DNA from: Escherichia phage vB_EcoM_SP13
Direction: 5' to 3' (one strand)
Length of the DNA: 64,000 nucleotides
Sequence record: OP352608
Below, piece after piece: positions 8,002 through 18,722 of this stretch. How positions within the stretch are numbered: the first letter of the stretch is position 1; each line of letters starts with the position of its first letter. A model generated the notes under the pieces. That model worked only from the letters and a program-made list of their open reading frames with translations. It was not told the DNA's origin and did no database searches. The position numbers and the translations under genes are program-made.

Positions 8002-9417
8002 ATGCAAACGGCACGCGAAATTGACAAAAATGGATTCTTGACGATTATGGGTTGTCCGATTTCGTCATTTGGCATTTTTGATTATTCTGCTGGTCAAGTT
8101 GGTCTTGATGGTGATCCGAATCGCATCGTAAAAGTCTATCGCCCTGAGTCAGCGGTGAAAGACCCCGAAGCGATAGATTCATTCAAAAATATCCCTTTCA
8201 TCGACAATCACGAAATGCTTTCTGGATTTGAAGGTGATGAGGATAACACAGCACCCGAAGAGTATGGCGTTGATGGCGTTCTGACTGGCAATGTTTATTA
8301 TGACAAGCCATGGATGCGCGGCGACCTTAAAGTGTTTAGCCGTCGTCTGAAGAAGGCCATTGATTCTGGAAAGGTTGACTTGTCTTTGGGCTATGACTGT
8401 GAATTCATCATACAGTCTGGAGAGTTTGACGGGCAGCCGTATGAAGTGGTGCAGACAACTCTTCGCGGCAACCACATTGCTCTCGTGGACGTTGGTCGAG
8501 TACCAGGTGCACGGGTGCTGGATGGTCGTTGCTTTGACCATCTTTGTTTGACGACTGTAACACCATCCAACGAGGATTTAGACATGCCAAAACCGTTAAA
8601 AGGTAAAGCGCGTGATAATGCTGTTGAACAGCTGAAATCACTGATCCCTGCGCTCGAACAATTTCTGAACGAAGAGAGTACTGAAGCTGCTCATCAGGAC
8701 GAAGTTGAAGTGAAAGCAGAAGAGAAGGACTCAACCGAAAATCGTGAAGAAGTAATGGTTGATCCAGAAGTCAAGGCAGAAGCAGAAGAAACCCCAGAAG
8801 GTGAAGAGAAGTTTGAAGTTGAAACTGAATCTCACGCTGGCGGCGAACTTCCGCAATTGATCAGCCAAATCGAAGCACTTATTGCAAAACTGAAAGGTGG
8901 CGCGGTAGGTGATGAAGAAGAAGTTGAAGCCGAAGTCAAAGACGAAGAAGAAGTTGAAGTCAAGGCTGAAGATGTATCACCTTGCGACAAAGCTGAAGAT
9001 GTGGTTAGCGGCCTGCAAAACAGCAACGTAAAGGGGGCTTCGGTCGAAAAAGATGACAAACCGACAAAAGCGGCGAAAGCGTCGCCAGGTCCAGCAAAAG
9101 GGGAACACTCAATGGCATCTGATTCAGCAGTTGCTGCTTTCTACGCTGATTCTGCTCGTAAGAATAGCCTCTACCAGCGCCTGTCTAAAGTTGTTGGTGC
9201 CTTTGATCATGCAACTATGGACTCCAAGTCCGTAGCGAAATATGGCGCTAAAAAGTTAGGCTTGAAGTGCGTTGATGGTGCTGAGTTTGACGTGGTGGAT
9301 AATTATCTGCGCGGCGTTGAGCACGGTCAGAAACAGCGTGTAGTCGCAAAACAAAAGGCCGCTGCGGATTCTGCAGCAACTGACGAAGCATTTGAAGCTT
9401 GGTTGAAAGGGGAATAA
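8002..9417 (+). CDS. prohead protease / scaffold fusion protein (putative)
   Basis: N-terminal about 190 aa resemble phage prohead protease-like domains (RGNHIALVDVGR), followed by a long acidic E/K-rich coiled-coil region typical of scaffolds; lies before the capsid gene. Confidence 0.5.
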   Translation: MQTAREIDKNGFLTIMGCPISSFGIFDYSAGQVGLDGDPNRIVKVYRPESAVKDPEAIDSFKNIPFIDNHEMLSGFEGDEDNTAPEEYGVDGVLTGNVYYDKPWMRGDLKVFSRRLKKAIDSGKVDLSLGYDCEFIIQSGEFDGQPYEVVQTTLRGNHIALVDVGRVPGARVLDGRCFDHLCLTTVTPSNEDLDMPKPLKGKARDNAVEQLKSLIPALEQFLNEESTEAAHQDEVEVKAEEKDSTENREEVMVDPEVKAEAEETPEGEEKFEVETESHAGGELPQLISQIEALIAKLKGGAVGDEEEVEAEVKDEEEVEVKAEDVSPCDKAEDVVSGLQNSNVKGASVEKDDKPTKAAKASPGPAKGEHSMASDSAVAAFYADSARKNSLYQRLSKVVGAFDHATMDSKSVAKYGAKKLGLKCVDGAEFDVVDNYLRGVEHGQKQRVVAKQKAAADSAATDEAFEAWLKGE

Positions 9418-9419
9418 AC

Positions 9420-10037
9420 ATGACTTTCCAAACTAGTGTAGGCCGTCAATATACAACTGGCTTTCCTGGCGACATCGTTCGCGACGGCCCACAGCGTGGG
9501 AAGCCAGGCCGAATCGTTAGCGCCAACGACGGTGCAAACGTAAACGCCATCAGCCGTGTGTTTGGTTTTAAGGCTGACGTGTCATTAATGGGTACTGGCC
9601 AGACCAAAACCTTGGGCGCGCAGGACTTTGAAGTTGAACTGGGCGGCACCAATTACTATGGCATCCTTGGCAACAGCAAGCGTTACGCTCTGTATGGCAA
9701 CTCTACTGGTCCTTTGGGTGCCAGCATGGTTCTGCCTCAATATAGCGAAGGCGAGTTCTACGATATGTGCACGGGCCTCGTAGTTGAAGTGTTCAACCCA
9801 AGCACCAGTCCGCAGACGCTGAACTACGGCGACCTGCTCGCTTATGTACCTAAAGGCATTTCCAGCGGTAACAACCCGAACAACTTGCCTATCGGTGCAA
9901 TTATCGCCTATACTGGCTCACTGCCAACTGGCATGGTTGCCATTCCAGGCGGTATCGTGATTGACCCGACTGCTATTGCCCTTTCCGGCCCAAGCGTCCA
10001 GTCTTCCACTTATACCATTGTACAATTGACTCGTTAA
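9420..10037 (+). CDS. hypothetical head protein (possible decoration protein)
   Basis: ORF between scaffold and major capsid gene; RBS present; no motif recognised. Confidence 0.35.
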   Translation: MTFQTSVGRQYTTGFPGDIVRDGPQRGKPGRIVSANDGANVNAISRVFGFKADVSLMGTGQTKTLGAQDFEVELGGTNYYGILGNSKRYALYGNSTGPLGASMVLPQYSEGEFYDMCTGLVVEVFNPSTSPQTLNYGDLLAYVPKGISSGNNPNNLPIGAIIAYTGSLPTGMVAIPGGIVIDPTAIALSGPSVQSSTYTIVQLTR

Positions 10038-10051
10038 TAGGCAGGTGAATA

Positions 10052-11191
10052 ATGACTCGCATTAGCCAAACACACTCTCGCCTCCCAGCGAGCAAGGTGC
10101 GCCCTTTTGATATGCAATCTGTTACCGACGCGGCTGTTTCCCAGCTTGCTCGTATCGGTATTGTGTTTGATTCCGCGATTGTGCGTGATCAGATTGAGCA
10201 CTTAAACCGTGCAGGCGCTTTCCGCGTAGGTGACGCCGCGTTCACTGCACCGCAGACTACTCCGTCAATCCCGACCCCGCTGCAGTTCCTGCAGCAGTGG
10301 CTGCCTGGCTTCGTCAAAATCATGACCGCTGCTCGTAAAATCGACGAGCTGGTTGGTATTGATACCGTTGGTCAGTGGGAAGATGCAGAAATCGTTCAGG
10401 GTATCGTTGAACCAGCTGGCACCGCAGTTGAATATGGTGATTTCACCTCTATTCCTCTGGCAAGCTGGAACGTAAACTTTGAACGTCGTTCTATCGTTCG
10501 TGGCGAAATGGGCATGGCAGTTGGTATGCTGGAAGAAGGCCGCGCGTCTGCTATGCGTCTGAACTCCGCAGAAACCAAGCGCCAGCAGGCTGCTGTATCT
10601 CTGGAAATCATGCGTAACGCAATCGGCTTCTATGGCTGGTACAACGGGAACAACCGCACATTCGGCTTCCTGAATGATCCAAACCTGCCAGCGGCGATGA
10701 CTTCCAACACCACTTCCGGCTGGGCTACTGCGACTTTCCAACAGGTAACTGCAGACATCCGTTTGATGGTTCGTCAAATTCGTGTGAACTCTCAGGACCA
10801 GATTGATCCAGAGAAAGTTGACATGACTCTGGCGCTGCCGACTAACTCTATCGATTGGCTGTCCAACACCACTGACTTCGGTATTTCTGTACGTGACTGG
10901 ATCACCCAGACCTATCCGAAGATGAAGATCAAATCTGCACCGGAACTCAACGGCGCACTTGGCAGTGACCCGACTTTCTTGAACGTGGCATACCTGTACG
11001 CTGATCACATCGATTCCTCAATCGATGGTTCAAGCGATGATGGTTCCGTATTCAGTCAGCTGGTTCAAACCAAGTTCATGACTCTGGGCGTTGAAAAGCG
11101 TGCTAAGAGCTACGTTGAAGACTACGCAAACGCAACAGCAGGCGTTCTGCTCAAGCGTCCGTTCGCAGTCGTCCGTATGACTGGCATTTAA
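10052..11191 (+). CDS. major capsid protein
   Basis: 379 aa, AGGTGA RBS, position after protease/scaffold; sequence resembles the DUF2184-type capsid family; followed by a stem-loop. Confidence 0.7.
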   Translation: MTRISQTHSRLPASKVRPFDMQSVTDAAVSQLARIGIVFDSAIVRDQIEHLNRAGAFRVGDAAFTAPQTTPSIPTPLQFLQQWLPGFVKIMTAARKIDELVGIDTVGQWEDAEIVQGIVEPAGTAVEYGDFTSIPLASWNVNFERRSIVRGEMGMAVGMLEEGRASAMRLNSAETKRQQAAVSLEIMRNAIGFYGWYNGNNRTFGFLNDPNLPAAMTSNTTSGWATATFQQVTADIRLMVRQIRVNSQDQIDPEKVDMTLALPTNSIDWLSNTTDFGISVRDWITQTYPKMKIKSAPELNGALGSDPTFLNVAYLYADHIDSSIDGSSDDGSVFSQLVQTKFMTLGVEKRAKSYVEDYANATAGVLLKRPFAVVRMTGI

Positions 11192-11216
11192 TTGCTGTGA
11201 TTACACAGTAAAACAC

Positions 11217-11246
11217 ATGGGGCGTGGTCGAAAGGCTTCGCCCCAT
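11217..11246 (+). terminator. stem-loop after capsid gene (ATGGGGCG / CGCCCCAT)
   Basis: 8-bp inverted repeat with 14-nt loop just after the capsid stop codon; no clear U-tract. Confidence 0.3.
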
Positions 11247-11306
11247 ATCAATAGACCTCAAGGGCTGTAGGGGCTTATCTGAGGCTTATATAAATAGGAC
11301 TACAAA

Positions 11307-11771
11307 ATGTCAAAATACATCGTTTCAACTATGTCTATGTCAGTTAACTACACTTTCTATACGGAAGTGAAAGAAAACCCGAATGCAAAAGCTGGTTCAG
11401 GCGCTCTTCCAAATATTCGCAAACAGATTCTAATCAAGGGCGGCGCTGGTCTTACTTCAGCAACTTCCGGCTTTGGTGAAATGGCAAAAGGCGCTGACGG
11501 TGCACCTTTGTGGACTCCTGAAGGAATCGTCACCGTTGTAAGCGATGCAGATTTTGAGCATCTGAAAGATCATCACGTGTTTAAGCAGCATCTTGAAAAA
11601 GGTTTGGTGAAAGTCGTAAATCACGACATTGTTGGCAATCACAAAGCCGTCGCTAAAGAAGTTCGCAGCATGTCAGACGACCCGTTTGCGCCTATGACGC
11701 GCGAAACTGCTGACAAGCGCATCAAGGTAAAATTGAGCGGCGACCAAGAAGATGATTTGTTCCGCGTTTAA
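11307..11771 (+). CDS. hypothetical structural protein
   Basis: 154-aa ORF after capsid gene. Confidence 0.4.
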   Translation: MSKYIVSTMSMSVNYTFYTEVKENPNAKAGSGALPNIRKQILIKGGAGLTSATSGFGEMAKGADGAPLWTPEGIVTVVSDADFEHLKDHHVFKQHLEKGLVKVVNHDIVGNHKAVAKEVRSMSDDPFAPMTRETADKRIKVKLSGDQEDDLFRV

Positions 11772-11785
11772 ATAAGGTGAATGCC

Positions 11786-12241
11786 ATGTCATTAGATTAC
11801 GAAAAGTTCAGAATTAAATTTCCACAGTTTGCTGATCAGGTTAAATTCCCTGACACAACACTTCAAGTATTCTATGACATGGCATGTGAATTTATTGAAT
11901 CACAAGACAGTCCTTGTCGTGTTTTAAATGGCAGTAAATTGGAGCTGGCATTGGAATATATGACGGCTCATCTTTTATGCATAGCCGCAGACCAACAAGT
12001 GTCTGTGTCTTCTGGTGACGGAGTTGAACAAGGCGGCTTCGTGACTGGCGCAACAATTGGTGACATCACAGTGAACAAAGTCGCGCCGCCTGCGAGTGAT
12101 GGCTGGGAATACTGGCTATCAAGCACTCCATATGGCATGGCGCTGTGGGCGCTTCTTCAAGCACTGGCCGTTGGCGGCTTGTCATTCGGCGGTCTTCCAG
12201 AGCGTGAAGGATTCCGTAAAATTGGTGGGGTATTCTGGTGA
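11786..12241 (+). CDS. hypothetical head-tail joining protein
   Basis: AAGGTGA RBS 5 nt before ATG 11786; synteny only. Confidence 0.4.
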   Translation: MSLDYEKFRIKFPQFADQVKFPDTTLQVFYDMACEFIESQDSPCRVLNGSKLELALEYMTAHLLCIAADQQVSVSSGDGVEQGGFVTGATIGDITVNKVAPPASDGWEYWLSSTPYGMALWALLQALAVGGLSFGGLPEREGFRKIGGVFW

Positions 12242-12624
12242 GGATTCCTGGCGTAAACTTATATCGAGTTGCGACAAAGGTTATCGGTCGCCAACCGATT
12301 CAATATTACATGTACAAGGGGCGCACCCTTGATAAGATGCGCAACTATGTCACTACATATGAAGAACCAATCACCTTACTTGCTTCGGTGCAGGCTGTAC
12401 TTCGAAACCAATACGTTGAGCTTGGTTTAGAGCTTCAAAAGAACTATGTCAAAATCTGGGTGGACAAAGACATTGTTGACCTTGACCGCGACGCTTCCGG
12501 CGACTATTTTGTGTTTGGTGGCAAAACATACAAGATGGAAGATGAAACGACATGGTTTGACCAAGATGGTTGGACGTCTTGCCTTGCCGTGGAAGTAAAA
12601 CAAAGCTTTCCAGTGTCTACTTGA
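12238..12624 (+). CDS. hypothetical head-tail protein
   Basis: GTG start overlapping previous stop; synteny. Confidence 0.35.
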   Translation: MRIPGVNLYRVATKVIGRQPIQYYMYKGRTLDKMRNYVTTYEEPITLLASVQAVLRNQYVELGLELQKNYVKIWVDKDIVDLDRDASGDYFVFGGKTYKMEDETTWFDQDGWTSCLAVEVKQSFPVST

Positions 12625-12631
12625 GGTGTAT

Positions 12632-13207
12632 ATGACAGATGTCGACCTGATTGACATGCTGGCAACGCGAATTGAAGAAGGTCTGGCGGCGTATAGTCGT
12701 GCAGACCTTTCTGCTGTTCCGGTCCAGAAAAAATACCAACCGACTCAACAGGGCATTCCGACTGGTGATCAGATTTGGTTTAACCTTTTATTCTCAGTCC
12801 CATTCGGTTGGTCAATGAGAAAGAATGAATTTGTCAATGATGAATCTCAATTCGTTAATGGCAAATTTAAAGATATTGAAGATCAGATATACGCAACACG
12901 TTTTCAAATTAGCGGCTTATTTCCAGAAGTTCCTGGCAATCCAGAAAAGCCTACGGCTAATGACGTTTTGACTTATTTAGCAAGATTCATAACCCACAAG
13001 GCTAATTTGAGGGATTGGTTTAAAAGGCATCAAGCTTCAGTATATAGAGTCGACATGAACAACAATGAAAAGTTCTATGACGACATGTCTCAGTTTGAAT
13101 CGTTTCCTTCTTTTGATTTGGTAATCCTTCACAGAAACGCAATTTCAATTGACACGCCTGCTGTTGCAAGAGCTGTTAATAACGATTTAGGCGATATTCC
13201 GGTGTGA
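12632..13207 (+). CDS. hypothetical head-tail protein
   Basis: ORF with GAGGTG upstream; synteny. Confidence 0.35.
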   Translation: MTDVDLIDMLATRIEEGLAAYSRADLSAVPVQKKYQPTQQGIPTGDQIWFNLLFSVPFGWSMRKNEFVNDESQFVNGKFKDIEDQIYATRFQISGLFPEVPGNPEKPTANDVLTYLARFITHKANLRDWFKRHQASVYRVDMNNNEKFYDDMSQFESFPSFDLVILHRNAISIDTPAVARAVNNDLGDIPV

Positions 13208-13208
13208 T

Positions 13209-13694
13209 ATGACAAAATCAAAAATGATAGAAAAACAGATAAAGGCGCTTCAATCGATGAAGGGTCTTACTGTTGAAGCAGGATGGTTTGATTCTACCAG
13301 ATACCCTTCAGAAACTGGTGGGGAAGGCATGTTGGTGTCAGAAGTCGCGCGACTGAATGAATTTGGTCACATAGCCGTTTTGAACTTTGGGCAAGGGCCA
13401 GTCAGGGTAGAAGTGCCACCCAGACCATTCATGAGATATGCCTATGAATTATTCGTTAGTGAGCGCAGTGAAATAGAGAATAAAATTGCTAAAAAGATTT
13501 TTTCCGGTAAAATAGACGCTAGACAGGCATTAGGTCAGATTGGGCTTGCGATGGAAGCAAAGATTGTCGAATCAATTAAAAACGGACCTTGGCAAAGAAA
13601 CGCCAGATATACCGTGCGTGTGAAAGGATTCGACAAACCTTTAATTCACAGCAGCCTTATGTGGCAATCTGTCAACAGCCAAGTCATTAAATAA
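13209..13694 (+). CDS. hypothetical tail protein
   Basis: ORF tightly packed before sheath gene. Confidence 0.35.
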   Translation: MTKSKMIEKQIKALQSMKGLTVEAGWFDSTRYPSETGGEGMLVSEVARLNEFGHIAVLNFGQGPVRVEVPPRPFMRYAYELFVSERSEIENKIAKKIFSGKIDARQALGQIGLAMEAKIVESIKNGPWQRNARYTVRVKGFDKPLIHSSLMWQSVNSQVIK

Positions 13695-13706
13695 GAGGAC
13701 ACCGAC

Positions 13707-15245
13707 GTGATCAGTCAATCTCGTTATATTAAAATTGTATCAGGGGTCGGAGCAGGCGCGGCTGTTGCAGTTCGCAAACTGTCGCTTCGCATCATGACTT
13801 CCAATACAGTTCTGCCGCCAGGCATTGTAGCAGAATTTTCAACTGCTGATGCCGTTGGATCATATTTCGGTTTTTCTTCCGAAGAATACAAGCGTGCAGC
13901 ACTGTATTTCGGATTCATCAGCAAGCAAATCAACTCGCCTGATTCAATCAGCTTTTCTCGCGTTGTATCCACGGCGATTCCTGCAATGGTTATCGGCGAC
14001 ACTGAGCCTAAAACGCTTGCTACTTTCCAGGCATTCACTGGCGCTATCTTAAGCATCACTTATGACGGCACAGACTACCTGACTGACGCCATCAACCTTT
14101 CAGCGGCAACAAGTCTTGCCAACGTAGCGGAACTTTTGGAAACGGCAATCAACACCAAGTTTGCAGCAGAAGGTGGCACGTCGGTGCCTGCACTTGCTGA
14201 TGCAGAAGTGTATTGGAATGCCAACACCCAGCAGTTCACTTTGGAAGCCGCTCCGTCGACCGCTGGTGCTGGAAACCTTTCGATTAACGTCACAGGTCAA
14301 CCGACAGACCCATCTCAGGCGCTTGGTTGGACGACTACTGGCACCGTTACGGTTGCTGGACAGGGTGTAGCAAGTCCGGTAGAAGCCATCGCGGCATCTG
14401 TGGAGATTTCCAACAACTTTGGCTCATTCCTTTTCGCTGGAGCAGACCGAACGCTGGAAGAAATCACAGCCGTTGCAGCTTGGACTCACTCGCAGAACAA
14501 CATGTACATGTATCTGTTCTCGACTGCATTCGCCAACATCGGCTCATACTATACCGCGTTGAAAGGTTACTCAGGCGTTGGTATGATGATCCGTGCAACT
14601 AACCTCGCGAATGATTACATCGACCAGGCGCCTGCTGAAATTCTTGCGGCGACAAACTATAACACTGTAAATGCAACTCAAAACTACATGTATTATCAGT
14701 TTGAAACGCGAAATGTAACCGTATCGACTGATTCACGCGCAGATACTGCTGATCAAAACCGTGCAAACTATATCGGTGCGACTCAGCAAGCTGGTCAAAC
14801 TCTCGCGTTCTTCCAGCGTGGTGTTCTGATGGGCGGGTCTACCGCAGCAGTTGACATGAACACTTATGCCAACGAGATGTGGCTTAAATCTGCTATCACT
14901 TCTCAGCTGTTCAGCATGTTCTTGAATCTTGGTCGCGTGCCTGCAAACGAAGAAGGCAAAGCGACTGTCCAAGCCATGATTCAAGTTGCTGTTGACAATG
15001 CGAAGGTTAACGGCACCATCTCTGTCGGTAAGGCGCTGACGGAAATTCAGAAACAGTACATCACGCAAACCTCCGGTGACAACACTGCTTGGCGGCAGGT
15101 TGAGACTATCGGTTATTGGTTGACTGTCGATTTTGACACTGAAACCACTTCCGATAACCGCACCGAATACTATGCAACATACACGCTAATCTACTCTAAA
15201 GATGATGCTGTGCGTCGCGTTGAAGGTCGTGACGTTCTTATTTAA
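13707..15245 (+). CDS. tail sheath protein (putative)
   Basis: 512-aa protein immediately upstream of tube gene; size and position typical of contractile sheath; GTG start. Confidence 0.55.
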   Translation: MISQSRYIKIVSGVGAGAAVAVRKLSLRIMTSNTVLPPGIVAEFSTADAVGSYFGFSSEEYKRAALYFGFISKQINSPDSISFSRVVSTAIPAMVIGDTEPKTLATFQAFTGAILSITYDGTDYLTDAINLSAATSLANVAELLETAINTKFAAEGGTSVPALADAEVYWNANTQQFTLEAAPSTAGAGNLSINVTGQPTDPSQALGWTTTGTVTVAGQGVASPVEAIAASVEISNNFGSFLFAGADRTLEEITAVAAWTHSQNNMYMYLFSTAFANIGSYYTALKGYSGVGMMIRATNLANDYIDQAPAEILAATNYNTVNATQNYMYYQFETRNVTVSTDSRADTADQNRANYIGATQQAGQTLAFFQRGVLMGGSTAAVDMNTYANEMWLKSAITSQLFSMFLNLGRVPANEEGKATVQAMIQVAVDNAKVNGTISVGKALTEIQKQYITQTSGDNTAWRQVETIGYWLTVDFDTETTSDNRTEYYATYTLIYSKDDAVRRVEGRDVLI

Positions 15246-15292
15246 ATAATTGCCGCCGTAAATGGCGGCCATCTCTCTGAGAGGAATCTGTA

Positions 15293-15760
15293 ATGATTAA
15301 CGTTTCCGGTTTTGGCGCTTCGATTCGTTTGGTAGCATCAAACACTTTTCCGAATGGTGTGACTCTTTCTGATTTTGCAGATGATGCTGATCCGATTGAC
15401 GCGCCGGACCTGCAAATCTCTGAGGCTGCAATGGGCCTTAACGGTGACTTAGTAGTATGGAACCGTGCAAACCCGCTTGAAGTAGGTGTGAACATCATCC
15501 CTACTTCTGAAAGTGATGTCAACTTGGACGTTCTTGCAGCTGCAAACCGCGTAGGCAAGCGTAAGAACTCTGCAAAAGACGTGATCACACTTGTGCTGAC
15601 TTATCCTTCTGGAATGGTTATCACGCTAAACAAAGGCACCTTGACAACTGGTTCAGTAATTCCTGGCATCCAGTCTCAAGGTCGTGTGAAAACACGTCAA
15701 TATCGCTTCAAGTTTGAGAACGTAGTCAAAACTGGCGTGAGCAACCAAGAGATTTTATAA
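15293..15760 (+). CDS. tail tube protein (putative)
   Basis: 155 aa directly after sheath; GAGAGGAA RBS; paralog of 16711-17208. Confidence 0.5.
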   Translation: MINVSGFGASIRLVASNTFPNGVTLSDFADDADPIDAPDLQISEAAMGLNGDLVVWNRANPLEVGVNIIPTSESDVNLDVLAAANRVGKRKNSAKDVITLVLTYPSGMVITLNKGTLTTGSVIPGIQSQGRVKTRQYRFKFENVVKTGVSNQEIL

Positions 15761-16089
15761 TGTATCAAATACCACTTGACAGCGTACCTAACCAGAATAT
15801 CAGCTTTAACGTTGACGGTGCATATTGGCAGTTGCACATTTTTGCCGCTATCGAGCACATGTGCGCCGACGTATACCGCAACGGTGAACTTTTGATTCAA
15901 GGGGTGCGCTGTTTTGGTGGTATCCCAATGGTGCCTTATAAGTATCTCATGATTGGGTACGGTAATTTCATTTTCGACAGCGTACCTGATTATGAAAGTT
16001 TTAACTCTGGCGGCTGTAATCTATATTACATGTCAGAATCTGAGTTGGCTGAATTCCAGGCAACTGCTGAAGCGGAGTTTGCAATTTGA
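15760..16089 (+). CDS. hypothetical tail protein
   Basis: ATG overlaps previous stop (TAATG). Confidence 0.35.
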   Translation: MYQIPLDSVPNQNISFNVDGAYWQLHIFAAIEHMCADVYRNGELLIQGVRCFGGIPMVPYKYLMIGYGNFIFDSVPDYESFNSGGCNLYYMSESELAEFQATAEAEFAI

Positions 16090-16442
16090 CAACTCTAACA
16101 ATTGAAGTTAACGAAAATAATGACCTTTTTCTGCCTGATGGAAGAAACTTAAATATTCTTTCAGGAGAAAAAGCGATGGTGCAAGTAATCAAGGCCGCGC
16201 ACCAGATGCGACTTGGTGAAGACTTGTACGATATAGAAAACGGTGTCGATTATTTGGGGACCGTTTTCAAGTCGCCCGTTGACGAAGACGGTGCGCGAAA
16301 GTCGATTGCAGATGCTATTCTGAAGAAAGCAGACGTTGCCGGAATCGACTCGTTGACTGTCACCATCCAAAACGGTATCCTTGGATTCACTGCAGAAGTG
16401 GTGACTATTTATGGCGAACGTATAAAGGTGAGTAATCAATAA
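16086..16442 (+). CDS. hypothetical tail protein
   Basis: TTG start in track; alternative ATG at 16176 with AGGAG RBS. Confidence 0.35.
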   Translation: MTTLTIEVNENNDLFLPDGRNLNILSGEKAMVQVIKAAHQMRLGEDLYDIENGVDYLGTVFKSPVDEDGARKSIADAILKKADVAGIDSLTVTIQNGILGFTAEVVTIYGERIKVSNQ

Positions 16443-16708
16443 TGGCACAAGTAATTCATTTTGCAAATGGCGTCATGAAATTTGGCGAAAAATTTGAAGA
16501 CGCATCAGAGCTGTTTAATAAGAAGGTTGATCCTGTTGCAGAAATCAAAGAGCAGGTCGAAGAAAAATCCGTTGAACAAAAACTAGATTTTGATTCCATG
16601 AGCGTTTCAGAATTGAAGTCTTATGCTAAAGAAAATGGCATTGACATCAAGGGTCTTTCTTATAAGGATGAAATTCTTGCTGCAGTTAAATCTGCATCTG
16701 CGGAGTAA
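16442..16708 (+). CDS. small protein with HeH/SAP-like motif
   Basis: SVSELKSYAKENGIDIKGLSYKDEILAAV resembles a helix-extension-helix DNA/RNA-binding motif. Confidence 0.35.
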   Translation: MAQVIHFANGVMKFGEKFEDASELFNKKVDPVAEIKEQVEEKSVEQKLDFDSMSVSELKSYAKENGIDIKGLSYKDEILAAVKSASAE

Positions 16709-16710
16709 AC

Positions 16711-17208
16711 ATGGTCAATATTAGTGGATTTGGCACAAGCATTAGAATTGTCGCTCTTCAATCTTTTCCTGTTGGGCTGAATATCAGTTCTTTGTCTGAT
16801 GACCAGGATTCGCTAATCATTGAGGAAGTTGAATCAGTAGGTTATCAACTTACTTACGACGGCGGCATTTGCATATACGACAAAGCCGCCGTCGTTCGCG
16901 TATCCATTGCGGTCATTCCAAACACTGAAGACGACATAAATCTTAAGCTTTTATTATCTGCCCGTAAAGGTGGATTCAAGTGGTTGCCAATTCAGGATGT
17001 GACATCGATGCTCATTACATATCCTGACGGTGGAAGGGTGGCATTCTCTAACGGAACGATAATCAGCGGTCCGCTTGGTGACTCCATAGAGCAATCAGGC
17101 CGTCGCAAGACAAACCGATACACATTTGTGTTTGCCAGCTACGGTGGCGCACAGAGCACGTCTCAAATTGCCAAGGGCGTGGTGCAGAGCATATTGGGGT
17201 CCATTTAA
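16711..17208 (+). CDS. tail tube protein paralog
   Basis: Clear similarity to 15293-15760 product (MINVSGFGASIRLVA vs MVNISGFGTSIRIVA; ITYPxG; RxKTxRY). Confidence 0.5.
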   Translation: MVNISGFGTSIRIVALQSFPVGLNISSLSDDQDSLIIEEVESVGYQLTYDGGICIYDKAAVVRVSIAVIPNTEDDINLKLLLSARKGGFKWLPIQDVTSMLITYPDGGRVAFSNGTIISGPLGDSIEQSGRRKTNRYTFVFASYGGAQSTSQIAKGVVQSILGSI

Positions 17209-17741
17209 TGGCTATCGATTTACTGTCATATAGTCTATCAAACAGAAGCTTCACGATAAAGAGCTTCAACCTTGGAGAAGTATCCACGCTTGGATGGGCC
17301 ATAGTCAACGTCAAAATAAGACTCCAAGCAAAGATATTCAAAAACCAAAGGGAAGACGGCAGCTATATTGTCGATGGCAGAGTAAAGATGCCGCGAATAC
17401 TCACTGTCACCGTGATAGCTCAGACGAAAAGCGCATCAGATGCAATAGCTAAGATGTTGCAAAACAGGTCGACTATATACACAATTAATTCCCGTGGTCT
17501 AATATTCGAACGTATGGTGCTGCAAAATAACAACTTCAGCCAGGACGCTGACAATATAACGTCTCAGCCCATACAATTGGTCTTCCATGAGATATTAACA
17601 CAGCAGGATGTGTCTATTCAAACAGCGCAGGCAGGCGACTCAACAGTAATAGAGCGCGGCATTGCATACATAAAAGAAACTTCTGCCAGCGTCACCGGCG
17701 TCGCTACAAAGGTGATGAATGGTATCAAGGGGATGTTCTGA
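17208..17741 (+). CDS. hypothetical tail protein
   Basis: ORF overlapping previous stop. Confidence 0.35.
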   Translation: MAIDLLSYSLSNRSFTIKSFNLGEVSTLGWAIVNVKIRLQAKIFKNQREDGSYIVDGRVKMPRILTVTVIAQTKSASDAIAKMLQNRSTIYTINSRGLIFERMVLQNNNFSQDADNITSQPIQLVFHEILTQQDVSIQTAQAGDSTVIERGIAYIKETSASVTGVATKVMNGIKGMF

Positions 17742-18301
17742 TGGACTTCGTTTCGATTCTGCTTTCTGGTCAATCTTTGACCATAACGAATGAGTCAACA
17801 GGTCTTCCTGTCTGGACAAGGCTTTCACCTGTTTCTGCAGAAATAACATCCCCAGCAGAAACAACTCAATTCCCTCTTGCTGGCACAGCCATGCAGGTTG
17901 TCGAAGTATCAAGCACGTCATCAGTAAGCAATTTACAGGCAGCAAAGGTTGTAATGCCAGCCCATATGGCGTTAAACGTAATTTGCAATGACCAGTCTAC
18001 AATTGAAAATATCATAAATTCATTTGATGATGACGAAGTCACATTTTCAATAACTTCTCGAAGCATCATTGCCAGTAAAATGTCGATGTCCGACGTTGAA
18101 ATAACCCAGTCAGAAGAAAACTTGAATGGAGTCTCAATAGTAATAACTTTCGAGCAAACGTCATTTAGCATTCAAGGAAGCTTCGACCCTAAACAATCTG
18201 CAGACGAATCATCAAATGGTGTTGCTATTAAAGAACCAGTCAGTTTGACTACAACTGTGAGTTCGTTATATAATAAAATAAAATCAACAGTAGGAATATA
18301 A
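17741..18301 (+). CDS. hypothetical tail protein
   Basis: ORF overlapping previous stop. Confidence 0.35.
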   Translation: MDFVSILLSGQSLTITNESTGLPVWTRLSPVSAEITSPAETTQFPLAGTAMQVVEVSSTSSVSNLQAAKVVMPAHMALNVICNDQSTIENIINSFDDDEVTFSITSRSIIASKMSMSDVEITQSEENLNGVSIVITFEQTSFSIQGSFDPKQSADESSNGVAIKEPVSLTTTVSSLYNKIKSTVGI

Positions 18302-18302
18302 A

Positions 18303-18719
18303 ATGAAGATCACCAACAAACAAACTGGTCGTACAGTAGAAATTAAAATCAGCAAAATGACTGCGATGGAAGGCTGGAATATTCAGCGTCGCTTTGTCGA
18401 ATTTGCAATGTCGAAAGACCCTGCGTTTCGTTCAGAGTATACGATGGAAGTGTTGAGCTTCGCAAAAGTCGAGCTTGATGTGGGTCAAGAAATCCCATTA
18501 AGCACTGGTGCACTAATTGACAACCATCTTGGTGACTGGGAAAACCTTAAAGAAGTCTTCGAAGCAGTCCTCATGGAGAACGGTATAAACCCAGATACTC
18601 ACGCCGAGCGTGAAGGCTACTGGGAACAAGCTGGCGGCGAAATGGCTGCAGCATTCATCGGCGAATCGATGCGATTAATCGCGCCATTCCTCAGCGGCGA
18701 GACTCCAAACAAGGGGTAA
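18303..18719 (+). CDS. tail assembly chaperone (putative)
   Basis: 138-aa acidic protein immediately upstream of tape measure gene. Confidence 0.4.
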   Translation: MKITNKQTGRTVEIKISKMTAMEGWNIQRRFVEFAMSKDPAFRSEYTMEVLSFAKVELDVGQEIPLSTGALIDNHLGDWENLKEVFEAVLMENGINPDTHAEREGYWEQAGGEMAAAFIGESMRLIAPFLSGETPNKG

Positions 18720-18722
18720 ACT

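Noticed and set aside
10265-11008. 247-aa antisense ORF inside the major capsid gene
   Set aside because: Fully antisense to a well-supported gene; Cys/Arg/His-rich translation typical of a shadow frame. The same applies to 19140-19784, 27942-28712, 44632-45441, 5038-5457 and similar overlapping ORFs.
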